From the NCBI GenBank assembly GCA_009691715.1, contig SIAN01000017.1, positions 10,867-74,866 on the forward strand: a stretch of DNA of 64,000 nucleotides, given 5' to 3'. The position numbers and the translations under genes were made by a program. Shown piece by piece: positions 27,062 to 36,162 of this stretch. How positions within the stretch are numbered: the stretch's first letter is position 1; each line of letters begins with the position of its first letter. A model generated the notes under the pieces. The model worked only from the letters and a program-made list of their open reading frames with translations, had not been told where the DNA came from and searched no databases. This DNA comes from Planctomycetota bacterium (GTDB lineage Bacteria; Planctomycetota; B15-G4; SIAN01).

Positions 27062-29398
27062 GTGCTCGAATTCGTGCTCCTCTCCTGGGTGATGCAGTCG
27101 GCGGTGATGCAGTCGGCGCCGCCGACTGGCGCGCCGGCGGATGCTGCCCATGCCGCCGCTGTCTCTGCCGCCGCTGTCTCTGCCGCCGCTGTCTCTGCCG
27201 ACAACTGCTGCGTCCTGCGCAGTCGCGTCCGCGCACCCGACGCCCCGGTCCCGACCGATCGCAAGTCGCAGTTGCTGTTCCAGCATGCGCGCCGAGTGGT
27301 GGCGAGCGACGCGCTCTTCTACGGCGAGGCGCCGCTTGCGACTTTGCGAGCCGCGCTCGCCGCGCTGCCGCAAGACGCCTCGCTCGCCGATCGCTTCGGG
27401 GTCGGCTACCCGCTCGCCGACACGCTGCTGGCGATGGGGGAGCTCGACGCCGCGCGCGCACAGCTCACCGAGTGCCTGGCGTGGGCGCGCGAAGCTGGTG
27501 ATCCGGCGGCGGCCGCGACGGTCACGCGCCTGCTCGCCGTCGTGTGGATGCGCACGGGCGAGCGGGACAATTGCGTCACTCAACACGGTCCCGAGAGTTG
27601 CATCCTGCCGTTCAGCCCGGCCGCGCAGCACACCGCGCGACGTGGCAGCGAACAGGCGATCGCGCTGCTCGATCCGCACCTCACCGCGCATCCCGATGAC
27701 CTCGCCGCGATCTGGTTGCTGAACATCGCGCACATGACGCTTGGCTCGTGGCCCAAAGCGTTGCCGCGCGAGCGGTTGCTGCCGCCCGAGCACTTCGCCT
27801 CCGAGGCCGACTTCCCGCGCTTCCGTGACGTGGCGGCGGATCTTGGGCTCGACACGGTCGGACTCGCCGGCGGCGCGGTGATGGACGACATCGACGGCGA
27901 CGGCCGGCTCGATGTCGTCGTGACCTCGTCGGGCATGGATGAGCCGATCGCGCTGTTCCTGCAGGACGAGCAGGGGCGCTTCCACGACCGCGGCGCCGAA
28001 CGCGGCCTCGCCGGCCAAGTCGGCGGGTTCCAGTGCTTCGCGCAGGACCTCGACAACGACGGGCGGCTCGACCTGCTGGTGCAGCGTGGCGCGTGGCTCC
28101 ACCGCCACGGCGCGATCGAAAACTCGCTCCTGCTGCAGCAGGCCGACGGCAGCTTCGTCGACCGCACGCTCGAAGCGGGCATCGAGGTGGCCGCGCCGAG
28201 CCTGGTCGCCGCGTTCGCCGACATCGACCTCGACGGCGATCTCGATCTCTTCCTCGGCGCGGAGAGTCGCGGCAAGGGCAGCGACGAGGACTACCCGTGT
28301 CGCCTGTTCCGCAATCGCGGCGACGGCACGTTCGAGGAGATCACGCAACGCGCGGGCGTGTCGAACGACCGCATCTGCAAGGGCGCGGTGTTCGGCGACT
28401 ACGACGGCGATCGCGACCCCGATCTCTACGTCTCGAACCTCGGCGCGCCGAATCGCCTGTACCGCAACGAGGGCGACGGCACCTTCGTCGATGTGGCCGC
28501 CAAACTTGGCGTCGACGAGCCGATCACCAGCTTCTCCTGCTGCTGGTGCGACTTTGACAACGACGGCTGGCTCGACCTGTGGGTGGCCAACTACGCCACG
28601 CCGAGCGCGCGGCCGCTCGAGATGGCGGCGTGGTACCGCGATCGGAGCCCCGGTCTCGACACGATGCGGCTCTACCGGAACGACGGGCGTGGCGGCTTCG
28701 CGGACGTGACGGCGGCTCGCGGGCTCGCGCGCGTCGTCTTCCCGATGGCGTCGAATGTGGGCGATCTCGATGGCGATGGCTTCGCCGACATCTACCTCGC
28801 GACCGGCGATCCCGAATTCGCGTCGCTGTGGCCCAACCTGCTGCTGAAGAACGACCGCGGCCAGCGCTTCCTCGACGTCACGACCGCGAGCGGCACCGGC
28901 CATCTGCAGAAGGGCCACGGCGTCGCGATCGGCGACCTCGACGGCGACGGCGATCAGGACCTGTTCGTCGAACTCGGCGGCGTGCTGAAGGACGACGCGT
29001 TCTCCAGCGCCTTGTTCCGCAATCCCGGCTCCGGCAACCACTGGCTCACCGTGCGCCCGCGCGGCCGCGACTCGAATCGCTTCGGAGTCGGTGCACGGGT
29101 GACGGCAACGATTGAGGAACCGGCGGACGCGGTCGCGCAGGCGCCTCGAAGCGTCGTGACCCGCGATGTCGTCCAATTCGTCGGCACCAACTCGAGCTTC
29201 GGCGGCAACAGCCTGCAGGTGGAACTCGGACTCGGGCAAGCGGCGCGCATCCTCGCGCTCACAGTCTTCTGGCCCCGCACTGGCAAGACGCAGCGATTCA
29301 CGGAGGTGGAGCTCGATCGAATCGTCGTCATCGACGAGGGCAGCGCCGTGCTCGGCAGTGTCGCAAGCGGTGATGGGGCGTCGGAGCCGCGGCGATGA
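27062..29398 (+). CDS. CRTAC1-family protein (FG-GAP/VCBS repeats plus an ASPIC/UnbV C-terminal domain)
   Basis: DIDGDGRLDVVV, DLDNDGRLDLLV, DIDLDGDLDLFL, DYDGDRDPDLYV, RLYRNEGDGTF, and a C-terminal FGGNSLQVELGLG. Confidence 0.9.
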   Translation: MLEFVLLSWVMQSAVMQSAPPTGAPADAAHAAAVSAAAVSAAAVSADNCCVLRSRVRAPDAPVPTDRKSQLLFQHARRVVASDALFYGEAPLATLRAALAALPQDASLADRFGVGYPLADTLLAMGELDAARAQLTECLAWAREAGDPAAAATVTRLLAVVWMRTGERDNCVTQHGPESCILPFSPAAQHTARRGSEQAIALLDPHLTAHPDDLAAIWLLNIAHMTLGSWPKALPRERLLPPEHFASEADFPRFRDVAADLGLDTVGLAGGAVMDDIDGDGRLDVVVTSSGMDEPIALFLQDEQGRFHDRGAERGLAGQVGGFQCFAQDLDNDGRLDLLVQRGAWLHRHGAIENSLLLQQADGSFVDRTLEAGIEVAAPSLVAAFADIDLDGDLDLFLGAESRGKGSDEDYPCRLFRNRGDGTFEEITQRAGVSNDRICKGAVFGDYDGDRDPDLYVSNLGAPNRLYRNEGDGTFVDVAAKLGVDEPITSFSCCWCDFDNDGWLDLWVANYATPSARPLEMAAWYRDRSPGLDTMRLYRNDGRGGFADVTAARGLARVVFPMASNVGDLDGDGFADIYLATGDPEFASLWPNLLLKNDRGQRFLDVTTASGTGHLQKGHGVAIGDLDGDGDQDLFVELGGVLKDDAFSSALFRNPGSGNHWLTVRPRGRDSNRFGVGARVTATIEEPADAVAQAPRSVVTRDVVQFVGTNSSFGGNSLQVELGLGQAARILALTVFWPRTGKTQRFTEVELDRIVVIDEGSAVLGSVASGDGASEPRR
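27088..27117 (+). repeat. 15-bp perfect tandem duplication (ggtgatgcagtcggc x2) encoding VMQSA VMQSA
   Basis: Read directly, in the first 20 codons of the CRTAC1 gene. Confidence 0.9.
27152..27199 (+). repeat. 15-bp perfect tandem repeat (gccgccgctgtctct, 3.3 copies) encoding AAVSA x3
   Basis: Read directly, in the N-terminal region of the CRTAC1 gene. Confidence 0.9.
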
Positions 29399-30363
29399 GG
29401 CGGCCGCTGCTCGTGACGGCGTTTTGCGTCACGCTCGCCGCCGCGCCGAGTTGCAACCCGCCCGACGCCGCGCCGACGGCGCCGACCACACCCTCCGACG
29501 CGACATCGCTCGTCGGCGACGCGCTCGATCGCCGGCTCGAACCGCCTGTCGCCGGCGACCGGGCGCTCGCGACGCTTCGTTTCGAGCAGGCGATGGCCGC
29601 GCTGGCGCGCGATGACGCGACGGCCGCTCGAACGGCGTTCGAGAGCGCGGTCGCCGCCGATCCGAGCGATGCGGCGGCCCGAATCGAGTTCGGATTCCTG
29701 CTGCTCGAAGGGCACCAACGCGGCAGCTTTGGTGCGGCGCTGCTCGAATTCAGATTTGCCCGCCTCGTCGCACCCGACGATCCGATGGCGATCTGCGGCG
29801 AAGCGGTCGCCCGGCTCGAAGTCGGCGATGTATTGCGCGGCGAGCCGCTGCTGCGCCGCGCGTTGGCCGATGGGGCGGTGCAGCGCCACACCGGACGCTT
29901 TGCCGTCGCGAGCGTCGCGCAGGCGCGCCTCGATGCCGACGCCGGACGCATCGCCGACGCGCTGCGCCGTTATGCCGAGATCACTCGCCTCGCCACGCTG
30001 CCCGCTTCCGTCCGCGCGCGCGCGAAGATCGAGCGGGCTGAATTGCTGATCGCGGAAGGGCGCCTTGATGAGGCCGCGGACGAGGTCGCGGCCGCGATCG
30101 CGCTCGATCCGCGGAACGTGAAGGGCCGCTACCACGACGCCGTGATCCGGCGCAAGCGCGGCGACTTGATCGGTGCCGCCGCGGCGCTGCACATCCACGA
30201 GCTACTACGCGCGATCGAGGACCACCAGTCGCAGCGCGTCCGCATCGACTCCGCGCGTCTCGATCGCCTGCACGCCGAGCTGGCGCCTCTGCTCGCAGCC
30301 GAGGGTGCGAAGGAAGCGGCGGCAGGCACGGCCACCGAGCCGGCCTCGGACGGGCAGCGATGA
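29395..30363 (+). CDS. TPR-repeat lipoprotein
   Basis: ATGA overlap with the upstream gene. LAAAPSC lipobox-like segment. Helical-repeat text (AAARTAFESAVAADPSDAAARIEFGFLL...). Confidence 0.8.
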   Translation: MRRPLLVTAFCVTLAAAPSCNPPDAAPTAPTTPSDATSLVGDALDRRLEPPVAGDRALATLRFEQAMAALARDDATAARTAFESAVAADPSDAAARIEFGFLLLEGHQRGSFGAALLEFRFARLVAPDDPMAICGEAVARLEVGDVLRGEPLLRRALADGAVQRHTGRFAVASVAQARLDADAGRIADALRRYAEITRLATLPASVRARAKIERAELLIAEGRLDEAADEVAAAIALDPRNVKGRYHDAVIRRKRGDLIGAAAALHIHELLRAIEDHQSQRVRIDSARLDRLHAELAPLLAAEGAKEAAAGTATEPASDGQR

Positions 30364-32033
30364 CGCGCGGAATCGTGGCGGTCGCGCTGGCCGTTGCACC
30401 GTCCTGCAGCGATGAGCCGGCGCCACCGCCGCTGCCGCTGTTCGTGACCCATTCCGACAGTGGCGTCGGTTTCCGTTTCGCGCCCGGCGGATCGGGCCGC
30501 AAGCACCTGGTCGAGATCACCGCGGGTGGCGTCGCGCTGCTCGACCATGACGGCGATGGCGACCTCGACCTCTTCTTCCCCCAAGGCGCCGCGCTTCCGG
30601 GCGCTGCGCCTGCCGCTGATTTCCGCGACCGTCTCTATCGCAACGACGGCGGGTGGCGCTTCACCGACGTGACCGACGCGAGCGGCGTTTCGGATGCCGG
30701 CCGCGGACCGGACGACTACACCTATTCCGCGGCGTGTCCCGACTTCGATGGCGACGGCGACCCCGATCTCTACCTCTGCAACGCCGGCCGCAACCGCTTC
30801 CTGCGCAACGAATCGGGCCGCTTCGTCGACGCGACCGCCGACTGGGGCGGCGACTGTGCGCTCTGGTCGACCGCCGCCGCCTTCGCCGACTACGACCGCG
30901 ACGGGGATCTCGATCTCTACGTCGTCAACTACGTCGCGCTGTCGCTCGATCATCCGGGCTGCGGCCCGCTCGACCGCGGCGAGGAGTACCGCAGCTACTG
31001 CCATCCCGACGAGTTTGCGCCGGCGGACGACGCGCTCTACCGAAACGACGGCGGTCGGCTGGTCGAGGTCTCGATCGAATGCGGCGTCGCCGGCCTTGGC
31101 GGCGCAGGCCTCGGCGCAGTTCTGTCCGACTACGACGGCGATGACGACGTCGACCTGTTCGTGGCCAATGACTCGACGCCGAACTTCCTCTGGCGCAACG
31201 ACGGCGGCTTCCACTTCACCGAAATCGCCGCGGAGGCGTGGGTCGCGGTCGACGCTTCAGGTCTCTCGACGGCCGCGATGGGCGCTGACTTCGGCGACGT
31301 CGATGGCGACGGCGACTTCGACCTGATCGTGGCCAACCTCGACCAGGAACCGAACACCCTCTACCTGAACGACGGCAACGGCGCGTTCGATGACCGCAGC
31401 AGCGCGAGCGGGTTGGGACCGCCGTCGTTGCGCTTCGTCGGCTTCGGCTGCGAGTTCGCCGATCTCGACCTCGATGGCGACCTGGACTGCCTGGTCGCGA
31501 ACGGCCATGTCTGCGACAACATCGAATTGCTCGAACCGGCCCAGACCTTCCGCCAGCCGCCGCACTGCTACCTGAACGACGGCGCCGGCCGCTTCACGCA
31601 GGTCGGCACGGCGGCGGGGGCGTACTTCGGCGGCCGCTACGTCGGTCGCGGGCTCGCGCTCGGCGACCTCGACCAGGATGGCGACCACGACGTCGTCGTG
31701 ACGCACTGGAATGATCCGCCGGCGCTGCTCGAGAACACGACGATCGGGCAGCAAGCGAGCGTCACGCCGCACTGGATCGGGATCGCGCTCCGGGGCAAGG
31801 GCACGAACCGCGACGCCTTGGGCGCACGAGTGACGGTGGTCGCCGGTGGCCGCCGCCAGGTCGAGGAACTGCGCGGCGCCAGCAGCTTCGGCGCGTTCCA
31901 TGACCTCGGACTGCGCTTCGGCCTCGGCAGCGCGACCGACGCGGAACGGGTCGAGGTGCGCTGGACCGACGGCACGACCGTCGACTTCGGTCCGCTCGCG
32001 GGCGGACGCATCCACCGGCTCGACCAGCCCTGA
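30360..32033 (+). CDS. CRTAC1-family protein (second copy), lipoprotein-like
   Basis: ATGA overlap with the upstream gene. AVAPSCSDE; DHDGDGDLDLFF, DFDGDGDPDLYL, DYDRDGDLDLYV, DVDGDGDFDLIV. UnbV-like tail GASSFGAFHDLGLRFGLG. Confidence 0.9.
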   Translation: MTRGIVAVALAVAPSCSDEPAPPPLPLFVTHSDSGVGFRFAPGGSGRKHLVEITAGGVALLDHDGDGDLDLFFPQGAALPGAAPAADFRDRLYRNDGGWRFTDVTDASGVSDAGRGPDDYTYSAACPDFDGDGDPDLYLCNAGRNRFLRNESGRFVDATADWGGDCALWSTAAAFADYDRDGDLDLYVVNYVALSLDHPGCGPLDRGEEYRSYCHPDEFAPADDALYRNDGGRLVEVSIECGVAGLGGAGLGAVLSDYDGDDDVDLFVANDSTPNFLWRNDGGFHFTEIAAEAWVAVDASGLSTAAMGADFGDVDGDGDFDLIVANLDQEPNTLYLNDGNGAFDDRSSASGLGPPSLRFVGFGCEFADLDLDGDLDCLVANGHVCDNIELLEPAQTFRQPPHCYLNDGAGRFTQVGTAAGAYFGGRYVGRGLALGDLDQDGDHDVVVTHWNDPPALLENTTIGQQASVTPHWIGIALRGKGTNRDALGARVTVVAGGRRQVEELRGASSFGAFHDLGLRFGLGSATDAERVEVRWTDGTTVDFGPLAGGRIHRLDQP

Positions 32034-32113
32034 CTGCCAGCCGCTCCGGAATTCGCTTCCCTTCGCTCCGCCCACGATTTGCACGGGCCCCCGGGCGGTG
32101 CAAAGTAGGGCGC

Positions 32114-33424
32114 ATGACGTTCGACACCGGCGCCGCCCCCTCGCCGATCCGCCGAGTCGCGCGGAGCAGTTGGATCTTGCTCCAGCTCTGCCTGCTCGGC
32201 GGCGTCGCGGCGTCGCTGCGACTCGAGTCGGCCGGGCTCGTTCCCACGTTGATCGCGTGCGGCGTTGGCTTCCTCGTCGTCGCCCACGTCCCCGCATCGG
32301 CCCGCGATGGCGCCACGCTGGCGGCGTAGCTGTTCGGCGCCGTCGCAATCCTCGCCAGCGCGCGCGAGTCGATCGACCATTGCGTCCGCGCGCTGCTGGC
32401 GGCGACGGTCTTCGTGGCGATGGTCGTCGTGCTTGCGCTTCTCGTGCTGCTGATCCTGCGCGCGCGAGCGTCGGCGCGACTGCGCGTCGCTCTCCTGCTG
32501 CTGCTCGCAGCGGCGCTCTGCTTCCTGCGCGCGCGCGGCGACCTTTTCGCCGAGCTGCAGTGGCGCATCTTCGGCGCGATCTTCATGTTCCAGACGCTCG
32601 TCTACGCCTACGACGTGCTGAGCGGACGCAAGCGCGAGCGCCTCATCGACGGGCTCAACTACCTGCTGCTGCTGCCGGCCTTCCATTTCCTGCTGTTCCC
32701 GGTGGTCGACTACACCACCTTGAAACGCAGCCGCGCCGCCGATCCGCGCGAGTGCGCGCAGCGCGGCATCGCCGGGATGACCCGCGGCGTGGTGCAGCTC
32801 GCGCTCTACCGGCTGCTCTACCACCGGGTCGCGATTGGGCCCGACCAGGTCGACTCGTTCCTGTCGCTCTGCCGCTACGTGCTGCCCGCCTACTTGATGT
32901 ACTTGAACATCTCCGGTCAATTCCACCTGGTTGTCGGACTACTCCACCTGCTCGGCTGGCGCCTGCCGGAGACCCAGCGCCGCTGGTTGCTGGCCGACTC
33001 GTTCACCGATTTCTGGCGCCGGATCAACATCTACTGGAAGGAGTTCATGGTCCGGCTGTTCTGGTTTTCCGTCTGGTTCCGGCTGCGGAAGCGCGGCGAG
33101 CGGCTCGCGCTGCTGGTCGCCACGACGGTGGTGTTCGTCGCCACCACGCTGCTCCACAGTTGGCAGTCGTTCTGGTTGGCCGGCACGTTCGCGATCGCGC
33201 CGCAGGACTTGCTGTTCTGGGGCCTCCTCGGCGCCACGGTCCTGATTGGCGTGCTGCGCGACCACGGCAAAGAGTCGCCCGCCGCCCCTTCGCGCCCACT
33301 CACCGTGCGCCGCATCGCCGCCACCGTCGGCGTCTGGATCACGATCTCGCTGCTGTGGTCGATGTGGAGCAGCGCGTCGCTCGCCGACTGGTTCGCCACC
33401 CTCGCCTGGCGGAATCGCGCGTGA
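32114..33424 (+). pseudogene. MBOAT family O-acyltransferase (AlgI/DltB/PatA-like) with an in-frame TAG at 32327..32329
   Basis: Track ORFs 32114..32329 and 32414..33424 share a frame: ...ARDGATLAA*LFGAVAILASARESIDHCVRALLAATVFVAMVVV... MBOAT core: NISGQFHLVVGLLHLLGWRLPETQRRWLLADSFTDFWRRINIYWKEFM. Confidence 0.8.
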
Positions 33425-34566
33425 GCGGCAGCCTTCCGCCGCCCGCCCGCCGTGGCACCCTGAGCGCCTCGGCTCGGCGCTGCTGCTCGCCGCTCTGGCC
33501 ACGATCGCGATCGCCGGCGACCGCGGCTGACGCGGTCGCCCGTTGTAGCGGCTCGTGCGCGACATCGCCCACGAAGGCCCCAACGCCGCGGACAGCGGGC
33601 ATCTGACCCGCGACTACTACCGCGGACTGCTCGGCGATTCGGGCGAAGTGCGCGACGGCCTTCCGCTCGATCTCGCGCGGATGCTGCTGCGCGCCGGCGA
33701 GGATTTGGAGAAGGTCGAGCCGTTCTTCCGCAGCGAGATCTCGCGCCCGGCCGGAGCTTCGACTTCGCCGGCGTCGAGGTCGCAGTCAACTCGTTCGGAC
33801 TGCGCGACGACGAATGCGCGCCGCTGCCGGCGGCCGGCACCTTCCGGCTCGCGCTGGTCGGCGCCTCGAACGACATGGGCTGGGGCGTTGCCCACGCCAA
33901 GACCTATGCGACGCGCCTCGAGCACCACCTTTCCGCCGCGGCCGCGTTCGCCTGCCCGGTCGAGGTGCTGAACTTCAGCATCCCGGGCTACACGATGCTG
34001 GAGCAGCTCTGGTCGATCGATGAGCGCGTCGTTCCGCTTGCGCCGCACGCAATCCTCGTCAGCGTCACTCTGCCGGAGCTGCGCGCCGAGCTCGTCGCGC
34101 GACTCGCGGCACGGGTGCCTGCCGGACGCGACCTCGGCTTCGACTTCGTGCGCGACGTCGTGGCGCGCTCCGGCGCAACAGCGGCCGACGACTCGACCGT
34201 CGCGATCCGCAAGCTTCGTCCCTTCACCGACCGCCTGGTCGCGTCAATCTTCGCGGCGCTGGCGCAGCGGCAACGCTCGCTGCGAATCCCGATCGTGGTG
34301 CTGCTGCTCAAGCTTTAGCCCGGCGACGACGTCGCCCAACCGCTGCGCGCCGCAGCCGTGGCCGCCGAGTCGGCCGGGCTCCCGATCGCCCGTGCCTTCA
34401 CCGCCTGCGCGTCGTTCGCCGCCACCGAGCTCTACCTCGATTCCCGCGCCGATCACCACCCCCGCGCCGCCGCGCTCGCCGCGCTCGCCACCGCGCTCGC
34501 CGCCGGATTCCTGCGCCTCCCGACGTTGCGCGCCGTCGCGCCGTCGCGCCGTCGGGAAAGAAATGA
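33421..34566 (+). pseudogene. SGNH-type partner of the MBOAT gene (AlgJ/AlgX/DltD/PatB-like), heavily decayed
   Basis: Probable GTG at 33421 (GTGA overlap with the MBOAT stop). The coherent text switches frames: LGSALLLAALATIAIAGDRG*RGRPL*RLVRDIAHEGPNAADSGHLTRDYYRGLLG...EPFFRSEI, then a frame change near 33750, then PGRSFDFAGVEVAVNSFGLRDDE...FRLALVGASNDMGWGV...IPIVVLLLKL*PGDDVAQPL...ELYLDSRADHHPRAAALAALATALAAGFL. Stops are at 33528, 33546 and 34316. The natural stop has been displaced by an 8-bp repeat expansion. Confidence 0.65.
34530..34553 (+). repeat. 8-bp perfect tandem repeat (gcgccgtc x3) at the 3' end of the SGNH pseudogene
   Basis: Read directly: gcgccgtcgcgccgtcgcgccgtc. With two copies the frame would read LRAVAPSGKK* (TGA 34564..34566). 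With three copies it runs on into the next gene. Confidence 0.9.
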
Positions 34567-34672
34567 CCCCGATCAGGCGTCTGGACAGCGCTCCACCTCG
34601 GCCATCGCGCTTCCGAACATGGAGCTTGCTGGCGCCGATGCCGGCGTGACGACCACCTCTAGGGAGCGCATC

Positions 34673-35137
34673 ATGATCGGTCGCAAGATTCTCTCGGCAG
34701 CGACGTTGCTCGGACTCGCGACGCTTGGCGCCGCGGCAAAAGGAGACAGCGGCGCGGAGAACTCTCCGCCCTCGGTCACGCTGTCGGAGACGACCGTCGG
34801 CGGCAAGCCGGCGCTGTGCGTTGACGTGGTCGATCCCGACGGTGCCGCGGACCTGCTCAGCTTCGGCTTCGAGTACACGCTCGACACCGGCATCGTCTAC
34901 AAGAACACCCTCGCGATCACGCTCTGGGTGTACGGGAAGAAGGGCATGAGCTCGAGCGACATCGAGGACGGCAAGCGCGTCTGCTTCACCAAGCTGCCGG
35001 GCAACGTGGTGAGCCTCAAGGTCACGGCGATGGACTTCGACTGGCACCAGGTGATCGCATCGGCCGCAGTCCCTTCGAGCATCACCGCGGGCCAGCCGAA
35101 GTTCGGCGTGGTGAAGGCGCCACCCAAGAAGAAATAG
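34673..35137 (+). CDS. Small secreted protein of unknown function, copy A (154 aa)
   Basis: AGGGAG RBS before ATG 34673. Signal peptide MIGRKILSAATLLGLATLGAAA. Similar to the protein encoded at 45732..46178. Confidence 0.85.
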   Translation: MIGRKILSAATLLGLATLGAAAKGDSGAENSPPSVTLSETTVGGKPALCVDVVDPDGAADLLSFGFEYTLDTGIVYKNTLAITLWVYGKKGMSSSDIEDGKRVCFTKLPGNVVSLKVTAMDFDWHQVIASAAVPSSITAGQPKFGVVKAPPKKK

Positions 35138-35144
35138 AAACGAC

Positions 35145-35180
35145 GCCGCGCGCTCCTGCGGAGCGCGCGGCCCTTTCGAT
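35145..35180 (+). terminator. Rho-independent terminator candidate after copy A
   Basis: Perfect 12-bp stem (gccgcgcgctcc / ggagcgcgcggc) with a 3-nt loop, followed by cctttcgatt. It starts 8 nt after the stop codon. Confidence 0.7.
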
Positions 35181-35239
35181 TCCTCGCTGCTACCATGCGA
35201 AGCTTCGCGTCGCAGATCGCGACGCCGGCTGGAGTTGAC

Positions 35240-36127
35240 ATGGATCGCCGCGACTTCCTCCGCTTCTCCGGAACCACGCTCGCGCTGGCCTCGACGCCGC
35301 TGCTCCGCAGCACGGCCAATGGCCAGGAATCGAAGACCGCAGCGCCCCCGCAGGCTGCCCCGACTCCGCGCAAGAACCGCATCAAGCACTCGGTCGCGCG
35401 CTGGTGCTTCGGAGGAATGACGCTCGACGACCTGGCGCGCCACTCGGCCGCCATTGGACTCGGCTCGGTCGAGATCCTTGGCCCCGGCGACTGGCCGGTG
35501 GTGAAGCAGTACGGCATCGGTTGCGCCGTCGCCATCGGCATCGGCTCGATCTCAGACGCCTGGAATCGCGCCGACCTGCACGACGAACTCGTCAAGCAGT
35601 CGGAGACGCTGATCCCGCAGTGCGCCGCCGCCGGCGTGCCGAACATCGTGATCTTCTCCGGCAACAAGCGCGGCCAGCCCGACGCCGAGGGCATCGCAAA
35701 CTGCATCACTGGCCTGCGGCGCGTGGCGAAGACCGCCGAGCAGCACGGCATCACGCTGGTGATGGAGATCCTGAACAGCAAGGTCGACCACGGCGACTAC
35801 GCCTTCGACCGGATGAAATACGGGCTCGACATCGTGCAGGGCGTCGGCAGCGACCGGATGAAGATCCTCTACGACATCTACCACGCGCAGATCATGGAAG
35901 GCGACGTGATCCACACCATCAAGGACCACCACGCCTCGATCGGCCACTACCACACCGCCGGCGTGCCGGGCCGCAACGAACTCGACGAGAACCAGGAACT
36001 CCACTACCCGGCGATCTGCCGCGCGATCGTCGAGACCGGTTTCAAGGGCTGGCTTGGGCAGGAGTTCATCCCCAAGCGCGACGCCATGACTTCGCTGCGT
36101 GAGGCGATCGACACCTGTGATGTCTGA
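35240..36127 (+). CDS. Xylose-isomerase-like TIM-barrel protein (hydroxypyruvate isomerase/sugar-phosphate epimerase family) with a Tat signal
   Basis: MDRRDFLRFSGTTLALAS. IKHSVARWCF, LVMEILNSKVDH, GHYHTAGVPGRNELD, GQEFIP. Confidence 0.88.
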   Translation: MDRRDFLRFSGTTLALASTPLLRSTANGQESKTAAPPQAAPTPRKNRIKHSVARWCFGGMTLDDLARHSAAIGLGSVEILGPGDWPVVKQYGIGCAVAIGIGSISDAWNRADLHDELVKQSETLIPQCAAAGVPNIVIFSGNKRGQPDAEGIANCITGLRRVAKTAEQHGITLVMEILNSKVDHGDYAFDRMKYGLDIVQGVGSDRMKILYDIYHAQIMEGDVIHTIKDHHASIGHYHTAGVPGRNELDENQELHYPAICRAIVETGFKGWLGQEFIPKRDAMTSLREAIDTCDV

Positions 36128-36162
36128 CGACTGCGGCGTGCGACGTTTGACGCAGCGCCGCT

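Noticed and set aside
34358-35137. Track ORF 34358..35137 as a single 259-aa protein.
   Set aside because: Its first 105 codons are the read-through 3' end of the SGNH pseudogene plus intergenic sequence, and are open only because of the 8-bp repeat expansion. The real gene starts at ATG 34673, which has an AGGGAG RBS and a signal peptide.
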